Shown here piece by piece: positions 13,674 through 24,376 of a stretch of 40,727 bases of DNA. Under the pieces are notes generated by a model, which saw only the letters and a list, made by a program, of their open reading frames with translations, was not told the origin of the DNA and searched no databases. Positions within the stretch are counted from its first letter, which is position 1, and each line of letters opens with the position of its first letter. A program made the translations under genes and the position numbers. Source of the DNA: Nemertoderma westbladi (taxonomy: Eukaryota > Animalia > Xenacoelomorpha); the NCBI GenBank assembly GCA_032718475.1, contig JAUCBJ010005296.1, positions 1 through 40,727 on the forward strand, written 5' to 3'.

Positions 13674-13789
13674 GTTAGTTGAGAGTTGCGGTAATTAGGT
13701 ATCGGTGTGGTTTACTTCAGTAGTATATATTATACTTCATGGAATGGAATGGAGTCTTTATTCAGGTACCCGTCCCCGTCCCCCTCCCC

Positions 13790-14249
13790 CGGTCCTACGA
13801 ATTACCCCAAAATACCCCAAAACACCCCAAAATACCCCAAAAGACCCCAAAATAGTATAAAACTACCCCAAAATACCCCAAAATAGTTTAGAATTACCCC
13901 AAAATACCCCAAAATAGTTTAGAATTACCCCAAAATACTTTTTTTTCAGCCTTTGTTTTGGAAATTTAATTTACCCCAAAATATGGCAAAATGACGAATT
14001 ACCCCAAAATAATGACGAATTACCCCAAAATAATTAAAATTTTTTTCTTCACTCTCGTTTATTGTTTTGGTTAAAAAAAACTTGCCACTGTAACCTGCTC
14101 CTTTCCCTCGCTGTTAAAAAACATGGTTAGCTTATTTTGGGGTATTTTGGGGTAATTTTTTAGCCTTTTTGGGGTATTTTGGGGTAATATTTGACTATTT
14201 TGGAGTATTTTGGGGTGTTTTGGGGTATTTTGGGGTAATTCGTAGGACC
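13790..14249. mobile_element. Foldback/MULE-like MITE, about 460 bp, in TRPC4AP intron 1
   Basis: Termini GGTCCTACGAATTACCCCAAAATACCCC / GGGGTATTTTGGGGTAATTCGTAGGACC. Arms are built of 10-bp TACCCCAAAA repeats. Flanked by CCCCTCCCC at 13781-13789 and 14250-14258 (8-9 bp TSD, low complexity). Confidence 0.82.
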
Positions 14250-14259
14250 CCCCTCCCCA

Positions 14260-14540
14260 AAATCTAATCAGATTGCATGAAATTTGAAACAGAGATAGTT
14301 TCTCCTCCCGTCCACTGGAGGAGCTGGGTGAGTCAGAATTTTTATTTTCGTTTTCATTATTTAGCTAAAAGCGTCGATATTACTCCAGTTACACCGCAGT
14401 TATTCTTCAACCTTATAGTGATTTGTAGGTACTAGTGGAAAGCTGGCCGTGCAAGGATTTTAAATATGTAACACGATCTGAAATTTGTTGAAAAATTGCC
14501 TAGATATTAGCGTTCGAAAGTTGAATGGTTTTGCATTAGC
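14260..14540 (+). repeat. Dispersed repeat family A, copy 1
   Basis: Shares GATTGCATGAAATTTGAAACAGAGATAGTT, TTATTCTTCAACCTTATAGT, GCTGGCCRTGCAAGGATT and AGCGTTCGAAWGTTG with 26190-26535. An inverted copy lies at 26890-27135. Confidence 0.85.
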
Positions 14541-15674
14541 GCGACTTGGGTGAGGTTAATTTATTATATTTAACCTTTGTGTTATCCTCAAAATATCAGC
14601 ATATTTGATCTTCTGGGTCAATATAACCCAATTTCAATTTACCTTAATTTATATAGAATTAACCTAAATTTACTTTACAATCACTTATCGCAATCATTTA
14701 TAATCACTGCCTAAAACAAATGCATGTGCCTTGCAAACATATTTAGAGCATTTACAGCACTGTAAGTTATATTTATTGTCATTTTTTGAGCATAGATGAC
14801 ATCGAGATCGCTTCGACGTCTCAGAGATCTTTTGGTAATTCTGAAACTGTAAACGAATTTTTCATATCTATTTTACTTTTGGAGTTATTTGATGTCTTGT
14901 AGACATCAATAATTTTTAAATTATTTAATTTTAAGTGGCCAATTTTTAATATCGGCATTACTTTTTCAAAATACAAAATAATTGTATTTGGCCTACAGGA
15001 TAATTTTCGCGATGGGAGTTTTCCTGTTCGGTGATTTCATTTCAAATATTAATTTATACTCAGTCTGTTTGTATGACCGTTTGTCTGTCAAAAATTAGGG
15101 AAAAATTATAGCTAACAAAATGTTTTGCTTTAAAAAAAGGGAGTTTTCTTGGAAGGTGATTCCATTTCCAATAGATTTGCCGATTTTAAGGGTTCCACTC
15201 GTTCCAGACTGTTTGAATGGAAGTTGGTTTTTTCAGTCTGTCTAAACAACAGACCGATAGACAAACAGACCTACAGGTACGTCTGTGTGTTTGTTTGTTA
15301 AAACAAAATTCAAAATAATGTACCGGGGTGGTTATCTTGCTGCACCAAAATTACAAGTATTGAACAATTTTCATAAAATTTGAAAGTTACAATTTTCGGC
15401 TAATTCTTTTTCAATACAGGTTTTCTGGGGCGCAGAATCCATTGGCAAATGTTTAAAAATGATTTGATTACAATAAATGGCTGTTTTAGTCCTCTACGTA
15501 GGCAAAAATGAAATAAAAACAAGTAACCAGCACTTTTCAGTTTGAACACAAAATTTTTAATTCAATTATACGATGGTATAAATTAAGATTTTCAGGTTTT
15601 CTGGGGCGCTGATTCTAATGGAATACATTTCAAATTTTTCAGATCATTGCTACTCGTTTTTTTCGGCGCAATAT

Positions 15675-16045
15675 GGCAAATTTTGGTGCTGGCACCAAAT
15701 TTCTAACTCATCACCAAAAAGTACAAGTTTGAGATGAGATGTCCATTGCTGTTTTTATTGTTTCCATCAAATTCAGGACGCTCAAAAACCCGTATAAGGC
15801 AGGAAACAAGATGATAATATCTAGTGATCAAATTTGCTTATTTTCAAAAATTTGGTGCTGTCACAACAATTTTCACCAACCGGCAAAAAAATACAAGTTT
15901 GAAAACTCATGCAATTTTTACTTTTCATTGAATTCAGAACCCTCACAAACCCGTATAACGCAAGGAACAAGGCGACACAATCAATTGATATATTTGATGG
16001 TTTTCAAAATTTGGCACCAGCCGAAAAAAACAAGTTTGAAATTTC
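15675..16045. repeat. Degenerate tandem duplication of about 170 bp, likely transposon-internal
   Basis: TTTGGTGCTG..AAAAAxTACAAGTTTGA..AATTCAG..AAACCCGTATAA..AACAAG recurs at about 15680 and 15850, with a third partial AAAAAACAAGTTTGA at about 16025. Confidence 0.65.
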
Positions 16046-16229
16046 GAAATTAATTTATTTATATGAATTCCATCTAATTGCAAACACAAAAAACCGGTGT
16101 AAATCAAAAATAGAGATGTTTCAAATCATATTTCATGAAATGTAATTTTCAAAACTCGTCTCAAAAAAAGTGCCAAAAGTGGGGTTGTTGTTAATTTATC
16201 GTTAGGTTTTGGTATTAAGGATTGATACT

Positions 16230-16298
16230 GCCCAGTGGCTCACTTGGTAGAGCGTGGGTCTTGGAATCCCAGGTACCGAGTTAAATCCCCCCATTCTG
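16230..16298 (+). mobile_element. tRNA-derived SINE head or tRNA pseudogene
   Basis: A-box TGGCTCACTTGG followed by TAGAGCG, an anticodon-arm-like TGGGTCTTGGAATCCCA, and a degenerate B-box GAGTTAAATCCC. No intact acceptor stem. Confidence 0.6.
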
Positions 16299-16572
16299 GT
16301 GAATGTTTTTTGTTATAAGATTGGTAGTAAGCCATTCAAGGAGACAGACATTTCATGCGTTAGTAGACGCGGACCTTTTCGCGCTTGTTGATAACCGTTT
16401 TCTCTATTAAGAAGACAGTAGATTTTTAGGAAAAGTCATAAAATTTCAGATTCGCTACTGCGTTTGTTTAAGAGTTATAACAACCCCCCCCCCCCCCGGG
16501 TTTAATAGGGTTAAATGCAACAGATTATAATTTCCGGTAATTAATTAATTATTCCCGCTGGTTTATTTCTAG

Positions 16573-16991
16573 GTCCACAATGAGTTGGTGCGTCTCCGAC
16601 TAATGCCGCTACTTAACGGTGTGTTCGAGTTGGTCGTGTGGCGATGCCATCTGGAGCAGCAGTTCGCGCGCTCCGAGGTCCAGCTAACCGACTGCTCTTG
16701 CGGTCCCGAGATCGCGTTACGCGTTCAGTTCCTCCGGCTGTTCCACGCGTTCTGCGACCGCCAAGCCAACCGGTACGCGGTGCTCACGGCCTTCGAGCTC
16801 CGGAGTCTCCGTCGGATAGAGACGGAGTTGCGCGCCAAATGGGAGCCGAAAGGCCGCCGTAAAGGGCTCGGGGAGACCCGGGGCCCTTCAGTAGAGGCCT
16901 CCCTCGACGAGGGATCAATGTGTCTGGGATCCAAGGGTTTACTGGTTAAAGTAATCGAGTTACTGTTGGCCGAACGACGGAGCGGATCTAG
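16573..16991 (+). CDS. TRPC4AP: TRPC4AP homologue, coding exon 2
   Basis: Acceptor TTTATTTCTAG at 16572. Reads VHNELVRLRLMPLLNGVFELVVW..PEIALRVQFLRL..GLLVKVI, matching TRUSS motifs. Donor AG|GTAAGT at 16992 (phase 2). Confidence 0.88.
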
Positions 16992-17303
16992 GTAAGTCTA
17001 ACGCTCCCGAGTTATATTAACTTATCTTATATTTAGTGCCGTGTATACATAATAGTTTATTACCGTGTAAGTCGTCTTGAAATCCGAATGCAGAGAGGAT
17101 TGTATCAATACAGAGGAGAACTGCAATCTTAAACATGTTTAAAGTTAAATAGTTGTTCTGAAATTAAAAGCAACGCACACCTACCTATCTAAACTTGTAC
17201 CGCCACTTATCTACAGGCGAGTGACGCGTTTCCATCTGGGTTGGTTAACCGTAGTACCCGATGGTGGTCCTCCCACTCATTGTTTCCTTTATTCCTCGAC
17301 TAG

Positions 17304-18186
17304 GTACCGCTTCTGGATGTGCCGTTGCGTTGAATCCTTCGTGAGGGGCGACGTCTCGAACGCCGACCAATGTTTCATCGCTTCGTTCGGCGTCCTGGGG
17401 CACCTCATCGATGTCATCGCCAATGGGAACTCGACGGAGGATTGTGTGGAGGAGGACGGGCTGGGGTGTTACGGACAGTGTCGGTGTCATACAGCTAATC
17501 AACTCATACAGGACACCTTAGAGGTCTCCTTCGATCTCCTAGGGGATTTACTCAAATTCAACCCCGACAATATATTAATTCTAGAACGCGAATTAACCGA
17601 GAAGTCGTTCAGCTCTTTGATAACATCAGCTCGGAACTTTATCATCGAGAGCAACATGTTCTTCCGATCGTTAATTCTATCTTACGAACAGTTTCTTGTC
17701 GAAGATTCTTCGATGTGTTCCGATCTGTGCGGCGTCTCCGCGTTGCTACGTTACGTCTCCGACGACACTCATCGTCTCCAACTCTTCTGTCTCCTCGTCG
17801 ACTCTCTCAATGTATCGACACTAACCCAGGAGAACGTCTCCTGTCTCAACACCGCTATTATTATACTCATATTTGCTCGCGAGAAGAAGCAACTCGAGTG
17901 GTACTTGTCGAAGTTGCGGAGCGTGGAGTGGCAGACTCTCAGTGTTTCCGGGAGTGTGGGTCCCAACTTTATTGGGTTGCTCGGGTTCTGGAGGCGACAT
18001 TACGACAGTCGGGTCTCTCGTCAACCGGATGTGGCGTCATTGCAGGGGAGTTCGGGTATCAGCTGGGAGCGCTGGCTGGCGCTCGTAGACTGTTTGTTAG
18101 CCGGACGCAACGCCCACGCACAACAGCCAACCGATCTCAATCAAACTTTCGAGTCTTCCCTAGTTTTCGATTCCGATTTGTCGTGA
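17304..18186 (+). CDS. TRPC4AP: TRPC4AP homologue, last coding exon
   Basis: Phase-compatible acceptor CTAG at 17303. Motifs YRFWMCRCVESFVRG, FDLLGDLLKFN, TLTQENVSCLNT and FWRRHY are characteristic of TRPC4AP. Spliced CDS is 1191+419+883=2493 nt (830 aa + stop). Confidence 0.9.
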
Positions 18187-18197
18187 TGTTCACACCA

Positions 18198-18445
18198 GCT
18201 GGTTGGTGGGGTGGTTACTGACAGTGTCACGAACTGGAAGGTACCGAGTTCGACCCCGGGGCAGGGCGGTCTGCTGCGATTTGCTAACTACTAGAACCGG
18301 GTGCGCTATATATCAGGTTATTATGGGTGTCCAACCATGGGAGTAAGAGCCTCACACCTTACCTTAGTAGATAGCACCCTAGAGAGGGGATCCTTCAGAT
18401 CACCTCATCATTCGGGTTGTACCTGGATTGATTATACGTCGGTAT
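18198..18445 (+). mobile_element. tRNA-derived SINE-like element just after the TRPC4AP stop codon
   Basis: A-box-like TGGTGGGGTGGTTA (18204) and B-box GAGTTCGACCC (18246). AGGTACCGAGTT is shared with 16271. The body motif GGGTGTCCAACCATGGGAGTAAGAG is echoed at 34212. 3' end uncertain. Confidence 0.55.
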
Positions 18446-18472
18446 TTACTTTATGGTGATTAAAATTTATAT

Positions 18473-18478
18473 AATAAA
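18473..18478 (+). promoter_or_regulatory. Candidate polyadenylation signal for TRPC4AP
   Basis: First AATAAA after the stop codon, followed by T-rich sequence. Weak evidence in AT-rich DNA. Confidence 0.35.
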
Positions 18479-18613
18479 TATTTTAAATTTATATTAGTAA
18501 TTTGTTATTAATTAATATAATGGATAAAAATTTGTATTTTTGTTAAATAAAAAGGTGTTAAAATATAGACAATCTTTCTTGTATATTTCAGTTTCTGCAG
18601 CACTGCCATATTC

Positions 18614-19116
18614 GAAGCTAGGACAATTCCGACCAGGACAATTCCGACCCGGACAATTCCGACCCGGACAATTCCGACCCGGACAATTCCAACCCGGACA
18701 ATTCCGACCCGAACAATTCCGACCCGGACAATTCCGACCAGGACAATTCCGAACCGGACAATTCCGTCCCGGGCAATTCCGTCCCGGACAATTCCGACCC
18801 GGACAATTCCAACCCGGACAATTCCGACCCGAATAATTCCGACCCGGACAATTCCGACCAGGACAATTCCAACCCGGACAATTCCGACCCGAATAATTCC
18901 GACCCGGACAATTCCGACCAGGACAATTCCGACCCGGACAATTCCGTCCCGGACAATTCCGTCCCGGACAATTCCGACCCGGACAATTCCGACCCGGACA
19001 ATTCCGACCCGGAAAATTCCGTCCCGGACAATTCCGAGCCGGACAATTCCGATCCACTCAGAGATCGAATTAAATTTTCATGGGTCGGAATTGTCCGGGT
19101 CGGAATTGTCCGGATC
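18614..19116. repeat. 15-bp tandem array GGACAATTCCGACCC (about 29 copies) with two inverted copies; asymmetric foldback element
   Basis: Direct copies at 18621-19054; inverted GGGTCGGAATTGTCC twice at 19082-19111. No TSD found. Confidence 0.92.
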
Positions 19117-20282
19117 AAAACAAATAAAGATTATTAATAGAAATTACCGGTAATCAATAACAAAAATCTGTGTTCTACCACAAAATTTTTTTAGGATGAA
19201 GTTTCGCTTAAATCTGTTTATTATCTGTTTGTGACGTTATAAACAACTGGCAGGGCCAATGGTAAAGTTCAGCTTATGAATAATTATTAAGGTTTGGGTT
19301 ACATGGCAGTTTTAATTAGGGTTTGGATCGCCGCACCTTTATTAATCAGCAAGATTATTTAATTTGGTAATTTTTTTATTTTACTTTGTAGACATTTAAA
19401 TAATGGCAGCCATTTTTAAAAACTGTTAATTTTTTTAAAAGTCTCCACTACAAGTTATGTCGTTCGTGTTTTTTTTCGGGGATAATAATGATTTGTTAAT
19501 TTTAAAACTCAATAATTGTATTTCATATCCTTTATTTAATTTCATATATTCAATAAACATAATAAGAGTTTCGGAAATCAAATTGAGCCCTTGATAAAAA
19601 AGGATTAACTGAACATTTAATTTAATGATATAATATAATTATTTATTATAGTTTCGGATAGGCAGGTCCATTAACGTTGTACCGAATAATTTAAAATAAA
19701 CAATTAATTAACTATTCAATAGAAAATACCAGTAATATTTAATAACCTTAATCAAAATGATGGCTTATTTAATTGTAAAGCCAATTAATTTAGTAAAGCC
19801 GCGGTGCCTGAATTATATTGTTTGAGTGCCTGTAAAATAAACAATTGAAATTATACGATAAAACTAGTTGTTTTCACTGGTTCATTTTTAGGTAAAGTTT
19901 CACTTTATGTAGGATGTGTGTGTAGGTTATGTTATGTACTAAATTCATTGGGTTAAAAATTAGGTGTATTTTCAATTTTTAGATAAGTCATTAATAAATT
20001 GTTTAAAAGCAAAAATAATAACTAAACCACACATACAATGAACTTACAATGTCAGCTGTAACAACTAAATTTATTTATTATCTTGTACAATTATTACTGT
20101 TCGTAATATTACCCATCAAATCATTGTAAAAGCTAACTAAACTGGTTGTAAACTATTGCGGAAACTTAATGATTTATTACAAAATTAGTGGTGTTCTTAA
20201 AGCAAAACGTTATATTTGTATTAGAATGGCGCAAACTGAACGCGAACACCAACTTATCTGTTTAGAGGGTTTAAAATAAACA

Positions 20283-20340
20283 TTAAAGGGAAAGGAGCAG
20301 GTTACAGTGGTGGTGTTTTCTAACCAAAACAATAAACGAA
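20283..20340 (+). mobile_element. Terminus of a dispersed DNA-transposon family (TTAA|AGGG..., Kolobok-like)
   Basis: TTAAAGGGAAAGGAGCAGGTTACAGTGG..TAACCAAAACAATAAACGA. Reverse-complement copies at 14055-14108, 36520-36570, 27221-27273 (diverged) and 5037-5055 (short). Superfamily inferred from the TTAA + RR terminus. Confidence 0.6.
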
Positions 20341-20856
20341 GCTTTATTTCACCTGTGGTCAATTCGCATTACAGGCAACTTTTTTCACTTGCGGTTAATT
20401 TGCGCCTTTATCAAACTAACAGAGTTATAATAGAAGGTAATAATATATGTTTTTTGTAATAGAAATAAAAAGTAACCTATTAGCAGAGCAAAGTATTCCT
20501 AATGACAAAATACCAACAATTATCGAATCATAATATTAAATAATATTTTGGTAATCATGATTATTTTGGTAAACATGTTCATTTAACAGGTACATACTTA
20601 CACACAAAAAACATGTACTATTGTGACGTCGCGTGGTAGTAATATGGCGGCATAAGGCGATACTTATAGTCATTAACAGTACAACAAAAATATAATTAGC
20701 CTACTTTTTACTTGGGATTGTCAAACAATACAATAATAACCAGATGTTAAATTTTAGTGATTATATTCAATAATTATAAGTAAAAATTAAAAATGTAACT
20801 CGTCAGCCCATCTTTAATACTGTATAAGCGGCGATGAAATCAACGTTATGCGAATG

Positions 20857-21087
20857 TTACATCATAGCAACCGGGGGTTGTATACTTCCTGTTCCTAGGC
20901 AGTCGCTGGCTAGACTGGCGAGCAGGTTTATGGGGATAGGGAATATTATTGTGGAGTTCTTTTCAGCTGATATGGCGGATAGAGTCTGTAGATACCGTAG
21001 CTGAAGGGCCATGGGAGACAGTTGGAGGACATCAGCCGCCTCCTTTAGGGCACGGGATGCTTTCTGCTCACCTTCGGCGGCGATCAC
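20857..21087 (-). CDS. Stomatin/MEC-2-like band-7 (SPFH) protein, last exon
   Basis: Acceptor TTTTAG at 21088. Reads [44 protein letters not shown], the canonical stomatin C-terminus. Stop TAA at 20857-20859. Confidence 0.95.
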   Translation of the reverse strand: MIAAEGEQKASRALKEAADVLQLSPMALQLRYLQTLSAISAEKNSTIIFPIPINLLASLASDCLGTGSIQPPVAMM

Positions 21088-21147
21088 CTAAAATAGAAAA
21101 TACAATTAAATCTTAATATTTTGTTTTCATATATCGGAACTGGAAAT

Positions 21148-22054
21148 ATGTGAAGTATACCAGACTTTAAGCTGTTATATTTCACTTTGCGGTTTATCCC
21201 CATGTGAAATATACCAGACTTTAAGCAGTTATATTTCACTTTGCGGTTTATCCCCATGTGAAATATACCAGACTTTAAGCAGTTATATTTCACTTTGCGG
21301 TTTATCCCCATGTGAAATATACCAGACTTTAAGCAGTTATATTTCACTTTGCGGTTTATCCCCATGTGAAATATACCAGACTTTAAGCAGTTATATTTCA
21401 CTTTGCGGTTTATCCCCATGTGAAATATACCAGACTTTAAGCAGTTATATTTCACTTTGCGGTTTATCCCCATGTGAAATATACCAGACTTTAAGCAGTT
21501 ACATATTTCACTTTGCGGTTTATCCCCATGTGAAATATACCAGACTTTAAGCAGTTATATTTCACTTTGCGGTTTATCCCCATGTCAAGTATACTACTAC
21601 TAGGATCGGCATGCTGCATTGCAGCTGCATTTTTAAGAATGCTGTGCCGGCTTGTCAACAAAATTGCACCGCCACAACTCCCTATCACCCATGACATTTG
21701 CTAGATCATCCGCATCTTTAAGGCCAGTGTCCTTTAAGATGCGTCTCAAGAAAGTCATGGGCTGTCCACCATGCTTATTCACTCCATGAGGCTGCCAAAG
21801 TACAAGATTATGCACTGGCTGGTCCTCACGGCGAAAGCAATGTCCTGCAAAGCGGAGGCGGTTTTGTTCTAGTGTCAAGCTTGGGGGAACCAATGAGACA
21901 CCTCCAATGTTATATAGTGTCTGGTTGGAGATGTGTGCATTGTACTTGACACAATGAACCCGGCGTATACCAAGTCATGTCGTACGTATGTCAAGTATAC
22001 CAGACTTTAAGCTGTTATATTTCACTTTGCGGTTTATCCCCATGTGAAGAATAC
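21148..22054. repeat. 54-bp tandem array (about 9 copies) in the last stomatin intron, interrupted by a LINE fragment
   Basis: Unit GTGAAATATACCAGACTTTAAGCAGTTATATTTCACTTTGCGGTTTATCCCCAT. About 8 copies at 21148-21594 and one more at 21988-22054. Confidence 0.95.
21595..21987 (-). mobile_element. 5'-truncated RTE-clade LINE
   Basis: C-terminal peptide RLRFAGHCFRRE..LVLWQP..GDRELWR. Short (GTA)n tail. Exact 13-bp TSD ATGTCAAGTATAC at 21582-21594 and 21988-22000. Confidence 0.88.
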
Positions 22055-23510
22055 TTGGTTTTCCCTAAAACCACCAGGGCTGAAAACACCAAAAACCTGG
22101 TAGGCCATATTCTTCACATGGGCTCCAAAAATAAAATTCTGAATAATACACAGTAAATTCACAAAGTTTCGCCCATGTGAAGAATACCAGGATTTCACTT
22201 TTCGGTCGACTTTCTATTGGAATTTTATATATGAAAATTTTGATTTTTTTTAATTTATCTTTATTAAGTGTTTTATAGCGCTTATCTCTGTCTATAACCT
22301 GTACATATACTAATTCATTTATTGTTTTGGTTAGATTCAGCCCTTCTGTAACCTGTGTTTGTGGTGAAAACTTGGTATGCTTCACATGGGCCCAAAGTTT
22401 CGCATATTGCACTTTTCTCTTTACTTTAACAACATCCATCCTGCGATTTCAGCTGCTATAAAATTTGACAGAAATCTTCTCGTACATTACCACTTTTATT
22501 GCCTGAAATTCTATTATGTTGTAAAACCTATACTGCTGTACTGCTAACCTAATTCCGCTATAATTGAACACTGTAGCACTTATTGAGGTTCGGTAAATCT
22601 ACAACCCACGATCCACACCAACGTGCCTCTATCTACCCCCATGCACTCGAGTCAGAGCATCTTTCAGTCTCGATAAACCAATTGTCCCCGAATAAATTGA
22701 ATTTGGTTGGGCCGCTTTGAATTAATCCTAGTAGGCTGAAATACTGTAGGCCTAGGCGGCTAATAGGACTAGCAGAATGCCCGGGTGCAACTCAATTTGT
22801 AGGGCGAAAGAATGTAGAATACAAATACAAAATATATCACCACAATACAATACTCGCTATTAAAATATGCAATACAGTCCAATGTGGGCCTAATTTTTAT
22901 GTAAGTGGACCTCTAACTAAATGATATTATGGGGGGGGGGGGGGGGGGGGGGGCATTTTTTCGGATAGCTGTCAATTAGGATTTTTATGTTAATAACGCT
23001 ATTTTATCATGATCAACCGCACTGTATGAATGGGCAAATAGCCTCTATTATACAAAAATTATAACAAAAAATATATTGCCTCCCCCTAGCGGCTGAAGGT
23101 CGAATTGAAGTTTTCACTAAAAACGCTCACTACTCCCTCAACCTTGGTCCAAATTTCTTGAAACAAACTTTTTGGACTCAACGCCTTCGAATCTACGAAA
23201 GTTATCTCATAGAATTTTTAATTAGCTATTTTAATGGAAATTAATATTTTATATTGTCAATGTAAAAGTCAAAATTGTTCATACTGTAAAATTTAACACA
23301 ATATAAAATGTTGTGAATAAAATAATGTTGAAATATCGCTTTCTTAATAATTTTTTTAATTTGCTCAGAAGTGGAAAAAGGTGAAACGAAGTCATTGGGG
23401 GTTGAACCAGCGTGTTAGAGTACCATTTAACGCTGTTGCCTATCTTCAACAGCGCACTAACAGGTTCAGCATGACACTTTTCTTTTATCATTAAACAGTG
23501 ATTAGGGGCC

Positions 23511-23821
23511 TACACGTTCGTGGGGCCTTCGCGCAGCACGAAGTGAGCAAAGCCTTTATCATAAGGGGACCATTAACGAGTTGTCTGCCGTTAGTCAGAA
23601 GTCTTCAACACAATACTCGTCCTCCTCTTGTGCCTCGTTGCGTTCGTTCGTTTTTAACCCTTTCTAAACCTTTGACGGACTACATACGTACCAAGTTTCG
23701 TTTAATTTCATCGAGGAATAACCGAGTTATTAGCGATCAAAAATTTACGACGACGACGACAGATAACTCGCCAATGGAACCCATATGCTAAGGCTTCGCT
23801 CACTTCGTGGCTCGCCCCACA
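23511..23821 (-). mobile_element. Helentron-associated (HINE/DINE-1-like) element, short copy
   Basis: Both ends match the ends of 27475-29062 in inverted orientation. Carries a (GAC)n microsatellite and GTGGGGC/GCCCCAC subterminal inverted motifs. Confidence 0.6.
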
Positions 23822-24171
23822 GTACAAACTGACACTCTTTAAGTTGTATTTCCTATCTATAAGTATGTTAGTGAAAGGGAAACATGGGAAAGAATGTGTC
23901 ATGAGTCAGTGCGGTGGGTGGATGAATCTGTTTGCGCGTGCTAACAGCTTCATCTGATATGCTGTTAACCAAAGAGAAACGTTTTTGAAATACGATGAAT
24001 TACAAAATTTCTTCCATTTCCGAAAATAAGGATGACAAATCATCTCACCTTCAACTTGAAGGTTGGCTATATTTGTGTGTATTTATAGGATTACTGTAAT
24101 TTATAATTCAATAAAGTGTACATATTTCACGCGAAAATGATTTATTGACTAATCGCAATGGAGTTATTTAC

Positions 24172-24376
24172 CTTAGCCCTGGCCTCTCTTGCAGCCTCTG
24201 CTTCGGCCGCCATGGCCCTCTGTAGTTGAACCGGTAGACGGACATCTTTCACTTCCACCCTTTCTACCTTGACGCCCCAGGGGTCGGTTGCTTCGTCTAG
24301 GGTCGCCTGCATGTAGTGCGCGATTTCTTCGCGGTCTGCCAAAACATCTCCCAGTGTCTTTGTGCCGAGAACATTC
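24172..24376 (-). CDS. Stomatin/MEC-2-like protein, penultimate exon
   Basis: CAG acceptor at 24377 and GTAAAT donor at 24171. Reads NVLGTKTLGDVLADREEIAHYMQATLDEATDPWGVKVERVEVKDVRLPVQLQRAMAAEAEAAREARAK. Phases match both neighbouring exons. Confidence 0.95.

Noticed and set aside
16230-16298. Functional tRNA gene
   Set aside because: T-loop lacks TTC and the acceptor stem cannot pair; kept only as a SINE head or pseudogene.
18512-19118. Pentapeptide-repeat proteins (PGRNC / GQFRP / SGSEL)
   Set aside because: Artefacts of the 15-bp array, open on both strands.
21148-21594. CRISPR-like palindromic repeats
   Set aside because: No unique spacers, no cas genes, and it lies in a eukaryotic intron.
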